Below, one piece after another: positions 41,822 to 51,883 of a stretch of DNA of 64,000 nt. A model generated the notes under the pieces. That model ran no database searches and was not told the origin of the DNA. It saw nothing but the letters and a program-made list of their open reading frames with translations. The position numbers were made by a program, and so were the translations under genes. How positions within the stretch are numbered: the stretch's first letter is position 1; each line of letters begins with the position of its first letter. This stretch comes from Rhodospirillaceae bacterium (lineage in GTDB: Bacteria > Pseudomonadota > Alphaproteobacteria > UBA7887): contig PBWV01000047.1 in the NCBI GenBank assembly GCA_002728255.1, forward strand, positions 27,368 through 91,367, in the 5' to 3' direction.

Positions 41822-42864
41822 TAAGCTTTCTCCGAAAGCTTTTTATTTGATGTTTTGATTAGTTGTTTTAGGGTTTCTTTGGCTTTCCCGGAATAAATCG
41901 CTCCAACAGCGACCTCAACTCCCTCCGATAAGGTTTTCACCTTTCCACCCACTATGAGTGTTGCGGCTGTATTTAGGAGCACGACATCTTGATAGGTGCT
42001 CTTTTTTCCCTCCAGCAAGTCTAGAATGGCTTTTGAGTTTGTTAAAGGATCTCCTCCTCTTAGTTGTTGGATGTCTTGAGACTTTAGGTTTGCATCTTCT
42101 GGTTTAACCTCAAAATCAATAATTTCACCATTGTTGTAACAGGACACATATGAAGGGCCTGAAATTGTCAACTCATCCATACCATCCATACCATGAACAA
42201 CCCAGACGTGTTTGGCTCCTAACTTTCCGAAAACCTCCGCCAACGGCCGGCACCATTTCTGATCAAATACTCCAACCAACTGTCTTTTGGTATTGGCTGG
42301 ATTTGAAAGTGGTCCAAGAAGGTTAAAGATTGTGCGGGTACCAAGTTCAGTCCGGGTCGGAGCTACATGCCTCATTGCATCATGGTGTCGGGGTGCCATA
42401 AAAAAACCTATATTGTGGTGCCACAAACTTTCACGAACCAATTCCATTGGCGCGTACACATTAACACCAAGACTGCTTAGCACATCGGCTGATCCCGATT
42501 TAGAAGACATAGCTTTATTCCCGTGCTTCGCGACAGGTACACCGCAGGCAGCAGCTAAGATAGCCGATGCAGTAGATACATTATATGTTCTCATTCCATC
42601 GCCACCGGTACCCGCCGTGTCCACTGCGCCTTCAGGAGATTCGATGGTTAGAGCCTTATGCCGCATGGTTTTGGCTGCCCCAGCTATTTCTTCAACTGTC
42701 TCTCCACGGACACGCATCGCCATACAAAGAGCACCAATTTGGCTCGGGGTGGCAGACCCTGACATAACTATGTCGAACGCTGTGTAGGCCTCTCTTTCAT
42801 CTAAGGAGCAGCCAGTCGCTAGTTTAGCCAAAAGCGGCTTAAGATCACCGGTCAATTTTCTCAC
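41821..42864 (-). CDS. trpD: Anthranilate phosphoribosyltransferase
   Basis: DTAGTGGDG, NVST, KHGN..SSKSGSADVL, RTIFNLLGPL.NP, GMDE. Confidence 0.96.
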   Translation of the reverse strand: MRKLTGDLKPLLAKLATGCSLDEREAYTAFDIVMSGSATPSQIGALCMAMRVRGETVEEIAGAAKTMRHKALTIESPEGAVDTAGTGGDGMRTYNVSTASAILAAACGVPVAKHGNKAMSSKSGSADVLSSLGVNVYAPMELVRESLWHHNIGFFMAPRHHDAMRHVAPTRTELGTRTIFNLLGPLSNPANTKRQLVGVFDQKWCRPLAEVFGKLGAKHVWVVHGMDGMDELTISGPSYVSCYNNGEIIDFEVKPEDANLKSQDIQQLRGGDPLTNSKAILDLLEGKKSTYQDVVLLNTAATLIVGGKVKTLSEGVEVAVGAIYSGKAKETLKQLIKTSNKKLSEKA

Positions 42865-43438
42865 CCTGGGGACTTGTTATCTGCAAAAAGTTTTTAAGCA
42901 AATGATGGCCATGCTCTGAAGCTATGCTTTCAGGATGAAACTGTACGCCAAAAATGGGAAAATGTTGGTGCCTAAGTCCCATGATTACTCCATCTTCCGT
43001 CCGAGCGGTAACCCGCAGGACGGCTGGTAAACCCACCTCACTCACCATTAATGAATGATATCTCGTGGCGAGAAAGGGTTTTTTAAGACCAGAAAATATT
43101 TCAACTCCATCGTGAATAATTTTACTTAATTTGCCATGCATTAGTGTAGGGGCTCGAACAATTTTTGCGCCAAATGCTTGCCCGATTGACTGGTGACCCA
43201 AGCACACGCCAAGGATTGGAATGGTCCCTGCTGCCATCTTTATCGTTTCTAGACATATGCCTGCTCTACTCGGGTCGCGTGGCCCTGGCGAAAGAATAAT
43301 TCCCTCGGGAGAGAGTTTCAAAATCTTCCCGGGTGTGATCGAATCATTTCGAAAGACGGATACCTCGGCCCCTAATTCCCCAAGAAAGTGCACAAGGTTA
43401 TAGGTAAAGCTATCATAGTTATCTATTAATACATACAT
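42845..43438 (-). CDS. trpG: Anthranilate synthase component II (glutamine amidotransferase)
   Basis: IDNYDSFTYNL, LSPGP, GVCLGHQ, RYHSL, GVQFHPES. Confidence 0.95.
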   Translation of the reverse strand: MYVLIDNYDSFTYNLVHFLGELGAEVSVFRNDSITPGKILKLSPEGIILSPGPRDPSRAGICLETIKMAAGTIPILGVCLGHQSIGQAFGAKIVRAPTLMHGKLSKIIHDGVEIFSGLKKPFLATRYHSLMVSEVGLPAVLRVTARTEDGVIMGLRHQHFPIFGVQFHPESIASEHGHHLLKNFLQITSPQGEKIDR

Positions 43439-43653
43439 ATCAATAACTTATATAAAAATATAAAGAATTTAAATAAATCCAAAATTTACGGCCTCACTAA
43501 GCATTATGCCACTCCCTTCGCGATTGACACCCTTTGCGTGTACATTTTCAAGCAATTTACCTAAATATCAAAGAAGGTTAATTGTAGCACAATTAAAAAA
43601 CACGGACGCCCGCTACCTCAAAATTACCCCGTCCAAACCCTAAGGACAGCGTT

Positions 43654-44523
43654 ATGATCAAGCAAAAAGTTATTTCTTATGAATATAGATGCTCTAAACG
43701 CTTTATTTGTAAAGGAGTTTCGTGTTTTTCTATTGGAACTTTCTTTTTGTTCGGGGCAATAGTTTCTTTTTCGCTTGGGATTGTTAATGCAGAAGATGGA
43801 GGTGATCTAATAACTACCAATGAGGCACGCCTCGAAAAACAAGATTCGGACAAAGGTTTGTTAAGACCAAGAATAGCAATAGTTATAGATGATCTTGGTC
43901 CAAACCGGATTTTGACCGAACAAGCGCTCTCGCTTCCTAATTCAATCGGCCTTGCATTTCTTCCCAACTCGCCAACTAGTACTACTCTAGCCACTCGTGC
44001 CGTTGAATTGGGGCACGAAGTCTTAATCCATATGCCAATGGAACCGCTCGACCCCTCTATTAATCCAGGACCAAGCGCACTACTTTTAACTATGACATTT
44101 AAGGAAGTGCTTCAACAATTACGTTTAGCAATCACTCAAGTGCCAGGAGCCATAGGCCTAAATAACCATATGGGAAGCAAGTTTACACAGGACGAGAATG
44201 CTATGCTCATAGTGATGGAGGAACTCAAAGCGCGGGATATGATTTTTTTAGACTCGCGAACAACTCCCGCAACAAAAGGGCATATTGTTGCAAGAAAAAA
44301 GAAGGTTAAAACTATTTCAAGAAATATTTTCTTGGACAATGATCGTTCAAAAATTGCGATCAAGAAGCAGTTGTTTTTGGCTGAGAAATTTGCGCGTAAG
44401 AATGGGGTCGCTGTGGTTATCGGGCATCCCTATGCAGAAACATTTTCAGTATTACAAGACTGGATCCCGGATGCTGTGATGCGAGGTTACACATTAGTGC
44501 AAATCAGCAGCGTAGTAGAATAA
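43654..44523 (+). CDS. Divergent polysaccharide deacetylase family protein (YibQ-like), N-terminally anchored
   Basis: IAIVIDDLG, GHEVLIHMPMEP, GLNNHMGSKFT, FLDSRT, VIGHP; hydrophobic N-terminal segment. Confidence 0.88.
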   Translation: MIKQKVISYEYRCSKRFICKGVSCFSIGTFFLFGAIVSFSLGIVNAEDGGDLITTNEARLEKQDSDKGLLRPRIAIVIDDLGPNRILTEQALSLPNSIGLAFLPNSPTSTTLATRAVELGHEVLIHMPMEPLDPSINPGPSALLLTMTFKEVLQQLRLAITQVPGAIGLNNHMGSKFTQDENAMLIVMEELKARDMIFLDSRTTPATKGHIVARKKKVKTISRNIFLDNDRSKIAIKKQLFLAEKFARKNGVAVVIGHPYAETFSVLQDWIPDAVMRGYTLVQISSVVE

Positions 44524-44554
44524 AGGTTTGGTGTATGGTAGTGGAGGATAAAGT

Positions 44555-46084
44555 TTAAGGTGGTGAGTTTTCCTCAGATGAATCATCTATAGCTTGCTCC
44601 GCGGCGCGAATTAGTGCACTAGCTTTGTTCCAGCATTCTTCGTCTTCAAGTTCCGGAACACTGTCGGCAACTATTCCGGCTCCTGCTTGAACATGCATGA
44701 CCCCATCTTTTACGATGGCCGTGCGGAGAGCAATGCAAGTGTCCATAGTTCCATTGGCTGAGAAATATCCCACGCATCCCGCATATATGCCCCGCCGTTC
44801 CTGTTCTAGGCCATCGATTATTTCCATGGCACGAACTTTTGGAGCGCCGCTGACCGTTCCAGCGGGGAACCCTCCCACTAGCACGTCTACCGCCGATAGT
44901 CCTTCTTTGACCATGCCCTCCACGTTTGAAACTAGATGCATGACATGACTGTAATACTCGACACCCATTTGTTCGGTTACGTGCACAGTTCCAATTTTGG
45001 TGACCCGACCGACATCATTTCGGCCCAAATCTAGTAACATCAGGTGCTCTGCAATTTCTTTGGGATCATTTTTAAGTTCAGTGGCAAGGGACTGGTCTTC
45101 ATTTAAGTTCTCTCCACGTCTTCGCGTTCCTGCAAGAGGTCTAATAGTCACCTGATCGTCACGGAGGCGCACCAAGATTTCCGGACTAGACCCAACCACA
45201 GCAAACTCATCAAAGTTTAAGTAAAAGAGGAAGGGCGAAGGGTTTAGCCTTCGCAGTGATCGGTAAAGAGTAAAGGGGTGTTGCCTAAACGGGACACTAA
45301 ATCGTTGAGATAAGACCACCTGGAACACATCTCCTGCGGCAATATATTCTTTGGCTTGATTAACGATTTTTTTATATGTTTCAGATCCTAGATTTGACAC
45401 TGGATTGAGGGTGTTGGTTTCTCGTTTAATCGAACGTTTCTCCGGCATTATATTACGGGAGAACTTGTCCGTCACATTGCTGAGTCGAGCTAGAGCTTGA
45501 TCAAAAGCCTGTTTCGCAGTTTTTGTAGAATTATGCCGTACTGGAGTGACAATGGTGAGTGTGTCTAAAACTGAATCAAAAATTGCCATAATGGTAGGTC
45601 TAATAAATAGCCCATCGGGTACAGCAAGACCAGATGGATTATTGTCTGGAATATTTTCCATTAAACGGACGGTATCATACCCCATGTATCCAACTAAGCC
45701 AGCAGCCATTGGAGGTAAGTTTGCTGGCAACTTTATTTCCGATTCCTCTAACAATTGCCGCAGAGAATCTAATGCTCCTCTGGTTTCAGTGATAAAGGTT
45801 TGGGTGTCTGACAGGGCCTTTCTATTAATCTCCGGAGTATTCTTGTGGCACTTCCAAATGACGTCAGGTTCAAGGCCAATAATCGAATAACGGCCTCGAA
45901 CTGATCCACCCTCAACCGATTCAAGCAAGAAAGAATATTGGCTCTGCGCTGCAATTTTTAGCATCGCAGAGACAGGCGTCTCTAAATCTGCCACTAGGGT
46001 GGAATACACGACCTGGGGGCGTTTGATGTCGTACTTCTCAGAAAATTCGGCAAAGTCCGGATAAATTGAGTTTTGAGCTAACAT
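44555..46084 (-). CDS. trpE: Anthranilate synthase component I
   Basis: FLLESVEGG..RGRYS, GDVFQVVLSQR, NPSP, SSPEILV, EHLMLLDLGRND, PAGTVSGAPK. Confidence 0.96.
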   Translation of the reverse strand: MLAQNSIYPDFAEFSEKYDIKRPQVVYSTLVADLETPVSAMLKIAAQSQYSFLLESVEGGSVRGRYSIIGLEPDVIWKCHKNTPEINRKALSDTQTFITETRGALDSLRQLLEESEIKLPANLPPMAAGLVGYMGYDTVRLMENIPDNNPSGLAVPDGLFIRPTIMAIFDSVLDTLTIVTPVRHNSTKTAKQAFDQALARLSNVTDKFSRNIMPEKRSIKRETNTLNPVSNLGSETYKKIVNQAKEYIAAGDVFQVVLSQRFSVPFRQHPFTLYRSLRRLNPSPFLFYLNFDEFAVVGSSPEILVRLRDDQVTIRPLAGTRRRGENLNEDQSLATELKNDPKEIAEHLMLLDLGRNDVGRVTKIGTVHVTEQMGVEYYSHVMHLVSNVEGMVKEGLSAVDVLVGGFPAGTVSGAPKVRAMEIIDGLEQERRGIYAGCVGYFSANGTMDTCIALRTAIVKDGVMHVQAGAGIVADSVPELEDEECWNKASALIRAAEQAIDDSSEENSPP

Positions 46085-46088
46085 TGGC

Positions 46089-47969
46089 TTAAAACAAATT
46101 ACTCAAAACTTTTTCATCTACTGTCAGCTTATATTTTTCACGCAAAGCCGTTTGGAGCCCTGTTAGTAAATCAGTTTGCAACGAGGCGTTTAACTCCCGA
46201 GCGGTTATCTCAAGCTCATCCTCATCTATTACTTCATTTTGAATAATTTGCGTGACGCTCGCTACAGCATATTTTTCCGGTCCCAATCTTAAAGTGCCAC
46301 TAATACCATCAAGGGGCAACTCGAACAAAAAACGTAATGATTGTTGTTCAAGATTTAATTTTAGTCCCTCTCCATCCCGGGTCAATTCTGTTACGAGTAA
46401 AGGATCGATTCCCATTTGGAGTATGGCATCATTGAATCCCAATTCGGTCGCTGTATTAATGAACTGAGACGCCAACTCAAGAGCCTTTTTGTCGCGCCAG
46501 GCACTTTGCCAAGAGGTAACAACTAAATCTTCCACTGATTCGAGAGGAAGAAGAGCTCTAGGGAAAATCTCATTTACTCGGATTTTGTAAATTGAATTAG
46601 CCTCCGCTTCTAAAATGGGGATATCTTCACCCATTTGGCTGGCAAAAACGGTTGGGAGCAACTCCCCCGAGGGTGGAAGATTCTCGACCATATCTCCATT
46701 TTGACCGAATCCCGATATAGTTATTGGAGGGATTAGTTTGACATTTAAGCCCAATAATCGAGCAGCCTCCTCCAGAGTGCGTCCAGCAGCCAGGTGATCC
46801 TCAAGTCGATTGCTTAATTCATAAACTAATTCTATGGCTTCTTCCGTTGCTAGCTCCTCGCGAATTATTGATTTGGCCTCCGAAAAACCCTCAACTCCAC
46901 CATTTTGGATTGCGTTCACCTTTAGAATGTTCCAGCCAAAATCTGTCTTAATAGGGGCCGTAATGTTTCCTGGGATGGTATTGAATGCAACGTCAGCTAA
47001 CTCGGGCAAGAGAGCACTCCGTCCAACTAATCCTAAATCAAGGTCGTCTTCACTCAAATCCGTCATTGATGTTCCTATAGAGATGAAATCTTGGCCTGCA
47101 TTTATCATATCAACGGCCGAGAGGGCGGTATCTCTATCCGGAAAAACTATAAGGTTAATGTCAACTTTTGGTTCGGTGGTAAACCGATCAATTTGATATT
47201 CGTACTCGGATAGAAGTGTCTCCTCGGAGATCTGTATTTCTTCTGTGAAATCAAATGGCCGTAACTCGACATAACTTGCGGAGCGGTAGGGTTCTGAAGT
47301 AAACTCCTGCGGATTTTCTTTATAAAAATCATAAATTTCACTGGCAGATGGGTGAGGTGCTTTTCCCACTTGCTCCTGGCCTATTATAACAAAAGCGACT
47401 GATCGTTTTTCTGTCGCATGCTTGTATAAAATCTGGGAGAGGCTTGTCGGGGCATGTGAGCCGCTGAGTAGAGCACCCACCAGTTGATTGCGCACAATAT
47501 CGTTTCTTACAGTCTCAATGAAGCTATCCTCAGTCATACCGCTCTGGCCTACCGAGTATTGGAAAATTGCCTTGTCGAATTGACCTAATTCATTATGAAA
47601 ATTTGGTGATTTTTTAATTTCTTTAGCAACGATTTTGTCAGATGCAGCCATTCCAAATTCTTTGGTTTGTTGATCTATGGCTCCCTTACTAATCAGTTGT
47701 TGAAGTGTGTTTTCCACTATCCCCAGAGCTCTGGCCTGTTCCGCATCAATTTGACCATTGGTTAAACGTCGGAGTTGCTCTAATTCTCGATTATAAGTTT
47801 GAGCGACCTGCGAGGCTTTGATGTCTGTCTTGCCTATGGTAGCAACTGTAGGATCACTGCCACCTTGGAAAATGTCCCCGACGCCCCAAACTGCGAAGCT
47901 AAGCGCTATTAGCCCTAGAAACAGTTTAATTGTCAGAGATTTCAGATTAGAAAATAAATTTTGTAACAT
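46089..47969 (-). CDS. ppiD: PpiD-like periplasmic folding chaperone (SurA N-terminal plus rotamase-like domain)
   Basis: N-terminal membrane anchor LSFAVWGVGD, DLG, PIKTDFGW; 626 aa; conserved tpiA/ppiD/trpE arrangement. Confidence 0.85.
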   Translation of the reverse strand: MLQNLFSNLKSLTIKLFLGLIALSFAVWGVGDIFQGGSDPTVATIGKTDIKASQVAQTYNRELEQLRRLTNGQIDAEQARALGIVENTLQQLISKGAIDQQTKEFGMAASDKIVAKEIKKSPNFHNELGQFDKAIFQYSVGQSGMTEDSFIETVRNDIVRNQLVGALLSGSHAPTSLSQILYKHATEKRSVAFVIIGQEQVGKAPHPSASEIYDFYKENPQEFTSEPYRSASYVELRPFDFTEEIQISEETLLSEYEYQIDRFTTEPKVDINLIVFPDRDTALSAVDMINAGQDFISIGTSMTDLSEDDLDLGLVGRSALLPELADVAFNTIPGNITAPIKTDFGWNILKVNAIQNGGVEGFSEAKSIIREELATEEAIELVYELSNRLEDHLAAGRTLEEAARLLGLNVKLIPPITISGFGQNGDMVENLPPSGELLPTVFASQMGEDIPILEAEANSIYKIRVNEIFPRALLPLESVEDLVVTSWQSAWRDKKALELASQFINTATELGFNDAILQMGIDPLLVTELTRDGEGLKLNLEQQSLRFLFELPLDGISGTLRLGPEKYAVASVTQIIQNEVIDEDELEITARELNASLQTDLLTGLQTALREKYKLTVDEKVLSNLF

Positions 47970-48035
47970 TTTAGTTCGCTGTTTAATCCTTTATTTTTCC
48001 AAAAAGCTCGTATTAAGGTTGCTCTTTACATGATA

Positions 48036-48064
48036 AGAATCTCGATGGTTTGGGCAACTGTCAA
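48036..48064 (-). promoter_or_regulatory. Putative sigma70 promoter of ppiD-trpE
   Basis: Minus strand TTGACA (48064-48059), 17-nt spacer, GATTCT (48041-48036). Confidence 0.45.
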
Positions 48065-48137
48065 TATGTAGGTAGGGGCCTTAATGTTTTGGAACCCCTA
48101 GCCCTGGGAAGATGTAACTGTAAAAGGTGCTATTTAT

Positions 48138-48902
48138 ATGAAGAAACAATTAAAGCAATCACCGCTAGTTGCTGGAAATTGGAAAATGAATGGTGATGTG
48201 GGTAGCGCTGAGGCACTCTTGACAGAGCTCAACGCTGGTTTGTCGGATAATGCTCCAAAATGTGAAATTGTGGTTTGTCCACCATTTACCTTGCTGCAGC
48301 ACGTAGAAAAATTATTGAATAAAAACAAATGGATAAATCTAGGTTCTCAGGATTGCTCTGAGTACGAAGTGGGAGCATATACAGGTGATGTTTCTCCGAG
48401 AATGCTATCCGACATCGGCTGTCGATATGTCGTGCTGGGGCACTCTGAAAGGCGCACAAGGCTTCGAGAAACCAATGCAATGGTTAAACGTAAGGCGGTA
48501 CAAGCTATTCATCAAGGGCTAATACCCATTGTTTGTGTTGGAGAAAGCCTAAAAGAGCGGCAGGAAGGGAGGGCTCAAAGAACTGTTCAGGCACAGATTA
48601 ACCGCTCGCTCCCTGTCGGATTAGAGCCGTCACAGGTTGTGGTTGCTTATGAGCCCATTTGGGCCATTGGGACGGGAAAAACTCCTACAACCACTCAAAT
48701 TAGCCAGATGCACCTTGCTATTCGCCAATCTCTTCAGACTAAATGTACCCAAAACTACGGATCTATTCGGCTTCTGTACGGAGGTTCGGTTAATCCGGAT
48801 AATGTAAGGGAAATAATTAGAATTCCTAACGTGGATGGTTGCCTTGTTGGCGGCGCCAGCCTAAAAGGAGAGGCTTTCTGCGATATCTGTTTGGCCTATT
48901 AA
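48138..48902 (+). CDS. tpiA: Triosephosphate isomerase
   Basis: AGNWKMN, GHSERR, AYEPIWAIGTG, YGGSV, VGGASL. Confidence 0.97.
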   Translation: MKKQLKQSPLVAGNWKMNGDVGSAEALLTELNAGLSDNAPKCEIVVCPPFTLLQHVEKLLNKNKWINLGSQDCSEYEVGAYTGDVSPRMLSDIGCRYVVLGHSERRTRLRETNAMVKRKAVQAIHQGLIPIVCVGESLKERQEGRAQRTVQAQINRSLPVGLEPSQVVVAYEPIWAIGTGKTPTTTQISQMHLAIRQSLQTKCTQNYGSIRLLYGGSVNPDNVREIIRIPNVDGCLVGGASLKGEAFCDICLAY

Positions 48903-48968
48903 AATGATTCGTAGGAAAAATTGAACGCGAGCCGGCAATAAGTAGGCTTTTTCTGCTAGGAGAAATAA

Positions 48969-49313
48969 ATGACTACGGTGTTTCTTGTTATACATTTGAT
49001 ACTTGCAGTAGCCCTTGTGACTGTGATCTTGCTTCAGCGGAGTGATGGAGGCGCTCTGGGCGGCCTGGGCGGAGGTGATGGGGGCGGTGCCGGGTTCGGA
49101 AATTTACTTTCCGGCCGACAGTCAGCAAATTTGTTAACTCGGACAACAACGATTATAGCGACCTGTTTTATTATCACTAGCCTCCTACTTGCTATTTTGG
49201 CTGCAAGAAACTCCCAGTCTCCATCAATTTTGGATGGAATTGGAGACACAGATGAGAATTCTATCGAATACGAAAGCTCAGATGAGGGGCCTACGGCGCC
49301 GATCGAAGAGTGA
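48969..49313 (+). CDS. secG: Preprotein translocase subunit SecG
   Basis: Two hydrophobic segments, ILLQRSDGG Gly-rich loop, NLLTRTT; located between tpiA and pyrG. Confidence 0.92.
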   Translation: MTTVFLVIHLILAVALVTVILLQRSDGGALGGLGGGDGGGAGFGNLLSGRQSANLLTRTTTIIATCFIITSLLLAILAARNSQSPSILDGIGDTDENSIEYESSDEGPTAPIEE

Positions 49314-49342
49314 ACTAAAAATTAGCCATCTGCCAGTTTTTA

Positions 49343-49380
49343 TTGGTAAAGGCACCATAATAGATTATCCTGTTGCTCCA
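49343..49380 (+). promoter_or_regulatory. Putative pyrG promoter placing the transcription start at or next to the ATG (leaderless type)
   Basis: TTGGTA (49343-48), 17-nt spacer, TATCCT (49366-71), then GTTGC-TCC-ATG; no Shine-Dalgarno upstream. Confidence 0.55.
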
Positions 49381-51011
49381 TGACGCGATTCATTTTTGTG
49401 ACCGGCGGCGTGGTATCTTCACTTGGGAAAGGGCTCGCATCAGCTTCCCTGGCTGCATTACTCCAGGCGCGTGGCTATTCCGTCCGTTTGCGCAAATTTG
49501 ATCCTTACTTAAATGTTGATCCCGGTACTATGAGCCCGTATCAGCACGGAGAGGTATTCGTAACTGATGATGGGGCGGAGACTGATCTCGACTTGGGTCA
49601 CTATGAGAGGTTTACCGGTGTTTCCGCCCGACAAAGTGATAATGCGACGGCTGGTCGTATATATTCCAATGTTATAGCGAACGAGAGAAAAGGAGAGTAT
49701 CTGGGAGGTACTGTTCAGGTCATCCCTCATGTCACCGATGAAATAAAGAGAATGATTATGTCTGATACAGGCAATGTTGATTTTCTTTTGTGTGAAATCG
49801 GAGGCACTGTGGGTGATATAGAGAGCCAACCATTTCTTGAGGCAATTAGACAGCTACGAAACGATCTAGGATCAGAGCTTACTTTATTTCTACATTTAAC
49901 GCTGATCCCTTACATCGCCTCGGCAGGAGAACTTAAAACTAAACCAACTCAACATTCGGTAAAGGAATTGAGAAGTTTGGGAATACAGGCGGACATTTTA
50001 CTCTGCCGGTGTACCCAGATTATACCCGATTCTGAGCGAAACAAAATTGCATTGTTTTGTAATGTTGGGAAGGACGACGTAATTGCAGCTGTTGATGTTA
50101 ATTCAATATACGAGGTTCCTGAAAACTATCATTCGGTAGGTCTGGATAGCCAAGTACTGAAACGATTTGGATTAGGATTTAAGTCGTCGATCAACGTTAA
50201 TCCCTGGAAAAAAATAAATGAGTGCCTGCGAAATCCTGATGGTGAAGTAACTATCGCGGTTGTGGGAAAATACACTGGTCTTCGGGATGCATACATTTCC
50301 CTGTCGGAAGCTCTGACCCATGGGGGTCTTAAAAACAAGTTAAAAGTCCAAATTGAATGGTTGGACTCTGAAATTTTGGAAGATGAAAAGAATCTCCACT
50401 TGCTTGAAAACGTCCATGGGATTCTGGTTCCAGGCGGATTCGGAGGGAGAGGCATCGAAGGAAAGATCGCAGCGATCCAGTTTGCGCGCGAACGGAAACT
50501 TCCATATTTCGGTATTTGTTTTGGAATGCAACTTGCGGTCCTAGAAATTGCTCGCAATGTTGCAGGACTTGAGAATGCCTCCTCGACGGAATTTGGCCCA
50601 ACACCTGAGCCGGTAATTGCCTTGTTAAATGAATGGGTTACAGAGGAGGGCAATATAGAGCTACGTAGTACGGGTGATGATTTGGGGGGAACAATGCGGT
50701 TGGGAGCCTACCAGGCACTAATTAAGGATAAGACCTTACTCGCAAGAGTATATAATCGTACTAATATAAGTGAACGTCACAGGCATCGTTACGAAGTAAA
50801 TCCCAAGTACGAGAGTTTGCTCAACAAGGCTGGACTGTTTTTTTCAGCATCCTCACCCGATGGTCTCCTTCCAGAGGCCGTTGAGATACCTGATCACCCT
50901 TGGTTTGTGGGAGTTCAGTTCCATCCCGAATTAAAATCTAAACCTTTTGAGCCTCATCCGTTATTTTCGTCCTTTGTAGAAGCTGCAATGAAAAAATCTC
51001 GTTTAGTTTGA
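49380..51011 (+). CDS. pyrG: CTP synthase
   Basis: [62 protein letters not shown]. Confidence 0.98.
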   Translation: MTRFIFVTGGVVSSLGKGLASASLAALLQARGYSVRLRKFDPYLNVDPGTMSPYQHGEVFVTDDGAETDLDLGHYERFTGVSARQSDNATAGRIYSNVIANERKGEYLGGTVQVIPHVTDEIKRMIMSDTGNVDFLLCEIGGTVGDIESQPFLEAIRQLRNDLGSELTLFLHLTLIPYIASAGELKTKPTQHSVKELRSLGIQADILLCRCTQIIPDSERNKIALFCNVGKDDVIAAVDVNSIYEVPENYHSVGLDSQVLKRFGLGFKSSINVNPWKKINECLRNPDGEVTIAVVGKYTGLRDAYISLSEALTHGGLKNKLKVQIEWLDSEILEDEKNLHLLENVHGILVPGGFGGRGIEGKIAAIQFARERKLPYFGICFGMQLAVLEIARNVAGLENASSTEFGPTPEPVIALLNEWVTEEGNIELRSTGDDLGGTMRLGAYQALIKDKTLLARVYNRTNISERHRHRYEVNPKYESLLNKAGLFFSASSPDGLLPEAVEIPDHPWFVGVQFHPELKSKPFEPHPLFSSFVEAAMKKSRLV

Positions 51012-51026
51012 GAAAGTAAAATTCAA

Positions 51027-51878
51027 ATGATAAATAAACACAAGCACATTAGGATTGGAAATACCGTTGTAGGAAATGACCTTGAGTTTGTTCTGATAGC
51101 CGGCCCATGTGCTTTGGAAAGCAAAGCGCACGCCCTTGAAATGTGTCAGGCTCTTGTGGAAATAACTTCTAAGCTTGGACTTGGTTTTGTCTATAAAACA
51201 TCCTTTGACAAGGGAAACAGGACTAGCCTTAATTCTTTCAGGGGCCTTGGGATGGAATTGGGTTTACCGATCCTCGCGGACCTTCGAGAAAAATTTAATT
51301 GCCCTGTTTTAACGGATGTCCACACGGCGGAGCAATGTAACCCCGTTGCTGAAGTCGTTGACGTACTCCAAATACCTGCCTTTCTATGTCGCCAAACTGA
51401 TCTCCTGATAGCTGCTGCACACACTCAAAGAGTGGTCAACGTAAAAAAAGGCCAATTTCTTGCGCCGTGGGATATGAAAAGTGTTGCTTCAAAAATAGCA
51501 AAAACTGGTAATGAAAAAATTTTGCTATGCGAACGCGGAGCCAGTTTCGGCTATAACAGGTTGGTTTCTGACATGCGTTCACTTTCCGTTCTTTCGGAGC
51601 AAGGTTATCCTGTAGTGTTTGATGCCACTCATTCAGTACAACAACCAGGAGGGGAGGGCGATCGAAGTGGTGGTGAACGGCAATACGTGCCGTTACTTGC
51701 CCGTGCGGCTGTAGCCGCTGGGGTAGCGGCTATCTTTATTGAGACACATGAAGACCCGGACAACGCTCCTTCCGATGGTCCAAATATGGTGCCTCTGAAA
51801 AAACTGGAAAAATTATTGTCCAGTTTGATTGCTATAGATCGCATAACCAAAGATACTCTCTATGGATTGGGGAAGTAA
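51027..51878 (+). CDS. kdsA: KDO 8-phosphate synthase (metal-dependent type, AGPC)
   Basis: [44 protein letters not shown]. Confidence 0.96.
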   Translation: MINKHKHIRIGNTVVGNDLEFVLIAGPCALESKAHALEMCQALVEITSKLGLGFVYKTSFDKGNRTSLNSFRGLGMELGLPILADLREKFNCPVLTDVHTAEQCNPVAEVVDVLQIPAFLCRQTDLLIAAAHTQRVVNVKKGQFLAPWDMKSVASKIAKTGNEKILLCERGASFGYNRLVSDMRSLSVLSEQGYPVVFDATHSVQQPGGEGDRSGGERQYVPLLARAAVAAGVAAIFIETHEDPDNAPSDGPNMVPLKKLEKLLSSLIAIDRITKDTLYGLGK

Positions 51879-51883
51879 GTGCA

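Noticed and set aside
39298..43438. Tryptophan genes co-oriented with moaC-moeA-lexA as a possible novel pathway link
   Set aside because: This is a widespread conserved alphaproteobacterial gene order.
48073..48100. TAGGGG/CCCCTA inverted repeat upstream of tpiA
   Set aside because: A 6-bp stem with a 16-nt loop; no further support for a regulatory role.
48921..48952. AGCC/GGCT-TTTT after tpiA as a terminator, or TTGAAC-N16-TAGGCT as a secG promoter
   Set aside because: Both readings are weak and overlap; neither can be supported over the other.
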